Origin: Candidatus Nomurabacteria bacterium GW2011_GWA1_36_15
GTDB taxonomy: Bacteria > Patescibacteriota > Minisyncoccia > Phycocordibacterales > UBA9973
Direction: 5' to 3'
NCBI GenBank assembly: GCA_000991415.1
Contig: LBRM01000001.1
Span: 5,232-51,687, forward strand
DNA length: 46,456 bases
Positions 44,509 to 46,456 of this stretch are shown one piece after another. The position numbers and the translations under genes are program-made. Numbering within the stretch: position 1 is the stretch's first letter; each line of letters opens with the position of its first letter. The notes beneath the pieces are model-generated. The model was not told the DNA's origin, searched no databases, and saw only the letters and a program-made list of their open reading frames with translations.

Positions 44509-45873
44509 TCAGAAATAAAGTAAAACGCTATCTCCTTGTGAGGGCGCAGATGCATTAACTCCTAAATTATCTCTAATCTTCTGGACTAGAAACATGGCAG
44601 ATTTTGGTTCACCCATAACTACAAAAACTTTTTTAATCGTATCTTGCATGTCTTCGACAAAGCCCAACAAACCATTTCCATCTTTGTGTCCAGAATATCC
44701 TAAAATGGTCACAATATGTGCCCGCACATTTATATCTTCTCCTGAAATATGTACTTTTTTTACTCCTTCTTGAATTAAACGCCCCATGGTACCGAGAGAC
44801 TGATATCCAGTAAGTAAAATAGTATTATTGGGATCGGGTAAATAATGTCTTTCATGATGCACTATCCGTCCTCCAGAAGACATTCCTGATCCAGCAATAA
44901 CTATTTTCGGATTGGCTATGCTATTAATCATTTTCGACTCTTCCGATCGCAAAGTAGAATGGAGCCCTGGGAAATTAAATAAATATTTATCTTTTGATAA
45001 TACTTTTTGCGCTGTTTCGTTAAAATAACTTTTAAATTGCTTAAAGATTTCAGTCAAACGAATAGCCAATGGAGAATCAAAAAAAATAGGCATTATCGGT
45101 ATACGATTATTTTCAACTAAATCATTCAGTTCAAATAAAAGTTCTTGTGAACGTTCAAGTGAGAATGTAGGTATGATAAGTGTTCCTTTTCTCTTATAAT
45201 TATCCTCTATTACTCTCTCTAAAAGATTTCTTCGATCATTTCTGGATTCATGATTTCTGTCTCCATAAACACTTTCCATTATTAAATAATCCACATCTGT
45301 AATTCTTTCGGTATCAGGTAATAATGGCGAAGGTGAGTTACCTAAATCACCAGTAAAAAGAATCTTTTTGCCGTTATAAATAAATTCAATCATAGCTGAA
45401 CCTAAGATATGTCCAGCATTTTTGAAAGACGCTTCTAAGTTCTCAGTAATTTTTATTTTTTCGTGATATTCAAATGAAAGCCATTGTAAAAATGCTTTAT
45501 TTATATTTTCTTCATTATATATTTTATCTAAATTAAACTGTTTATTTTTAGACAATATACTAGTGGTGTCTAAAAGCATTGGGCCGGTAAGTGCTCGAGT
45601 AGGTTTTGTAGAATAAATTTTTCCACGGAAACCTTCTTGGATTAATTTGGGAATTCTGCCAATGTGATCCACATGAGCATGAGTAATAAAAAGAAAATCT
45701 ATTTCTTTTGAATCATAAGGAAGGGGTGCCCAGTTAGTGTCATCTGCCAATTCTGATCCTTGAGTAAGACCACAATCAACTAAGATTTTTTTGTCATCAA
45801 TTTCTAAGAGAAAATTCGCGCCTGTCACTGAACCTGCCCCGCCACAAAATGTTATTCTAGCAATGTTCGGCAT
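44509..45873 (-). CDS. MBL-fold beta-CASP RNA-metabolising hydrolase (RNase J/CPSF-like)
   Basis: HAHVDHIGR metallo-beta-lactamase motif, a beta-CASP middle region and a C-terminal GYSGH motif. Confidence 0.8.
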   Translation of the reverse strand: MPNIARITFCGGAGSVTGANFLLEIDDKKILVDCGLTQGSELADDTNWAPLPYDSKEIDFLFITHAHVDHIGRIPKLIQEGFRGKIYSTKPTRALTGPMLLDTTSILSKNKQFNLDKIYNEENINKAFLQWLSFEYHEKIKITENLEASFKNAGHILGSAMIEFIYNGKKILFTGDLGNSPSPLLPDTERITDVDYLIMESVYGDRNHESRNDRRNLLERVIEDNYKRKGTLIIPTFSLERSQELLFELNDLVENNRIPIMPIFFDSPLAIRLTEIFKQFKSYFNETAQKVLSKDKYLFNFPGLHSTLRSEESKMINSIANPKIVIAGSGMSSGGRIVHHERHYLPDPNNTILLTGYQSLGTMGRLIQEGVKKVHISGEDINVRAHIVTILGYSGHKDGNGLLGFVEDMQDTIKKVFVVMGEPKSAMFLVQKIRDNLGVNASAPSQGDSVLLYF

Positions 45874-45880
45874 TTTTTAA

Positions 45881-46276
45881 TTATACCGTATCTCTTTTAA
45901 TAGACATAATTTGTCTGGAAAAATAGAGTATCGCAAATAATCCACCGGCAAAGTCAAAAAAGATGTCCGAAATGGTATCTAAAATATTAAAAAGATTTTC
46001 TGTAGTAGTTTTATTGATTACAATTTCAAATATTTCCCATAGAAAGCCAAATAACAATACCCCAATGATAATTTTCAAAATAGATTTGAAAGAAAATTCT
46101 TTAATTTGAAAAAATAAAATAAGAATTAAGCCAAGCCAAAATCCTCCTAAAAAATGCATGGGCATATCTAAATACCATATTGATGAATACCAATAGAATT
46201 CCAAAGCCAAATAATTTAATAAAAAGATAAAAAAAATAACAAACACTAAACGTACTAAGAGTTTTTTTGAGTCCAT
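45881..46276 (-). CDS. Small four-TM membrane protein (VanZ-like?)
   Basis: Four hydrophobic helices. The family is uncertain. Confidence 0.45.
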   Translation of the reverse strand: MDSKKLLVRLVFVIFFIFLLNYLALEFYWYSSIWYLDMPMHFLGGFWLGLILILFFQIKEFSFKSILKIIIGVLLFGFLWEIFEIVINKTTTENLFNILDTISDIFFDFAGGLFAILYFSRQIMSIKRDTV

Positions 46277-46334
46277 ACTGGTATTATACGTCTTTTAAGA
46301 AAAAATCTCCGTATTGAATGGAGAATTTTTCTTA

Positions 46335-46456
46335 GGGTTATTTCCAATGTATTACCATAGCTTATAGCTAAGTGGGTACCAGACACGGAAGGCCAAGGCC
46401 AAACATGATCAAAGCTCCCATAAAATAGTGTTCTAGGTAATAACCGGAAATAACCC
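46335..46456. other. Long imperfect hairpin / candidate ncRNA truncated by the window edge
   Basis: GGGTTATTTCC (46335-46345) pairs with GGAAATAACCC (46446-46456). An inner helix is ATTACC (46351-46356) with GGTAAT (46436-46441). The apical part is GC-rich and there is no ORF. Confidence 0.3.

Noticed and set aside
46371-46400. An SRP RNA (4.5S) call based on TACCAG/CGGAAGG/CCAAGGC strings
   Set aside because: The GGAA is not closed by a helix, and the conserved symmetric-loop AGCA and 5' GUCAGG are missing. The evidence is insufficient for an SRP RNA call.

Overview
This is an AT-rich, gene-dense bacterial chromosome segment. The compact genes, a type IV pilus cluster with no secretin, ComFC, DsbA and the scarcity of biosynthetic genes suggest a Patescibacteria/CPR-like organism; that assignment is inference only. 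The core backbone is ligA, a 16-gene type IV pilus locus (four minor pilins, pilD, two pilins, pilC, pilT, a CheY-like receiver, pilB, a PilP-like protein, pilO, pilN, pilM), comFC, recG, ftsH, smpB-ssrA, infC-rpmI-rplT and an RNase-J-like beta-CASP hydrolase. Three accessory patches interrupt it, and each sits at the 3' end of a tRNA-like gene. (1) At 96-1819, a large serine recombinase gene is bracketed by 120-bp inverted repeats that match at 119/120 positions. The right copy starts inside the last 3 nt of tRNA-Ser(GGA). (2) At 24.6-28.4 kb, next to an unusual tRNA-Ile(UAU), there is an ABC/OLD-type ATPase, a roughly 130-nt structured RNA leader (four-way junction, two GNRA tetraloops, mutually exclusive pairings), a beta-class DPPY methyltransferase, a PD-(D/E)XK restriction enzyme and a LAGLIDADG-like protein. 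(3) At 31.28-41.38 kb, a roughly 10-kb island is inserted at the exact 3' end of tmRNA. It is bounded by an 8-bp direct repeat (CTCCACAT) and carries a second large serine recombinase, a MerR-like regulator with a palindromic operator, a roughly 190-nt structured leader RNA, secreted cysteine-repeat and beta-helix/lipase proteins, and a GIY-YIG gene. Other oddities are a tRNA-Ser paralogue with an apparent ACU anticodon, a frameshifted phosphohexomutase, and a conserved GC hairpin with a compensatory base-pair change at three mobile-element junctions. All calls come from reading the sequence and the ORF translations by eye; no searches were run.
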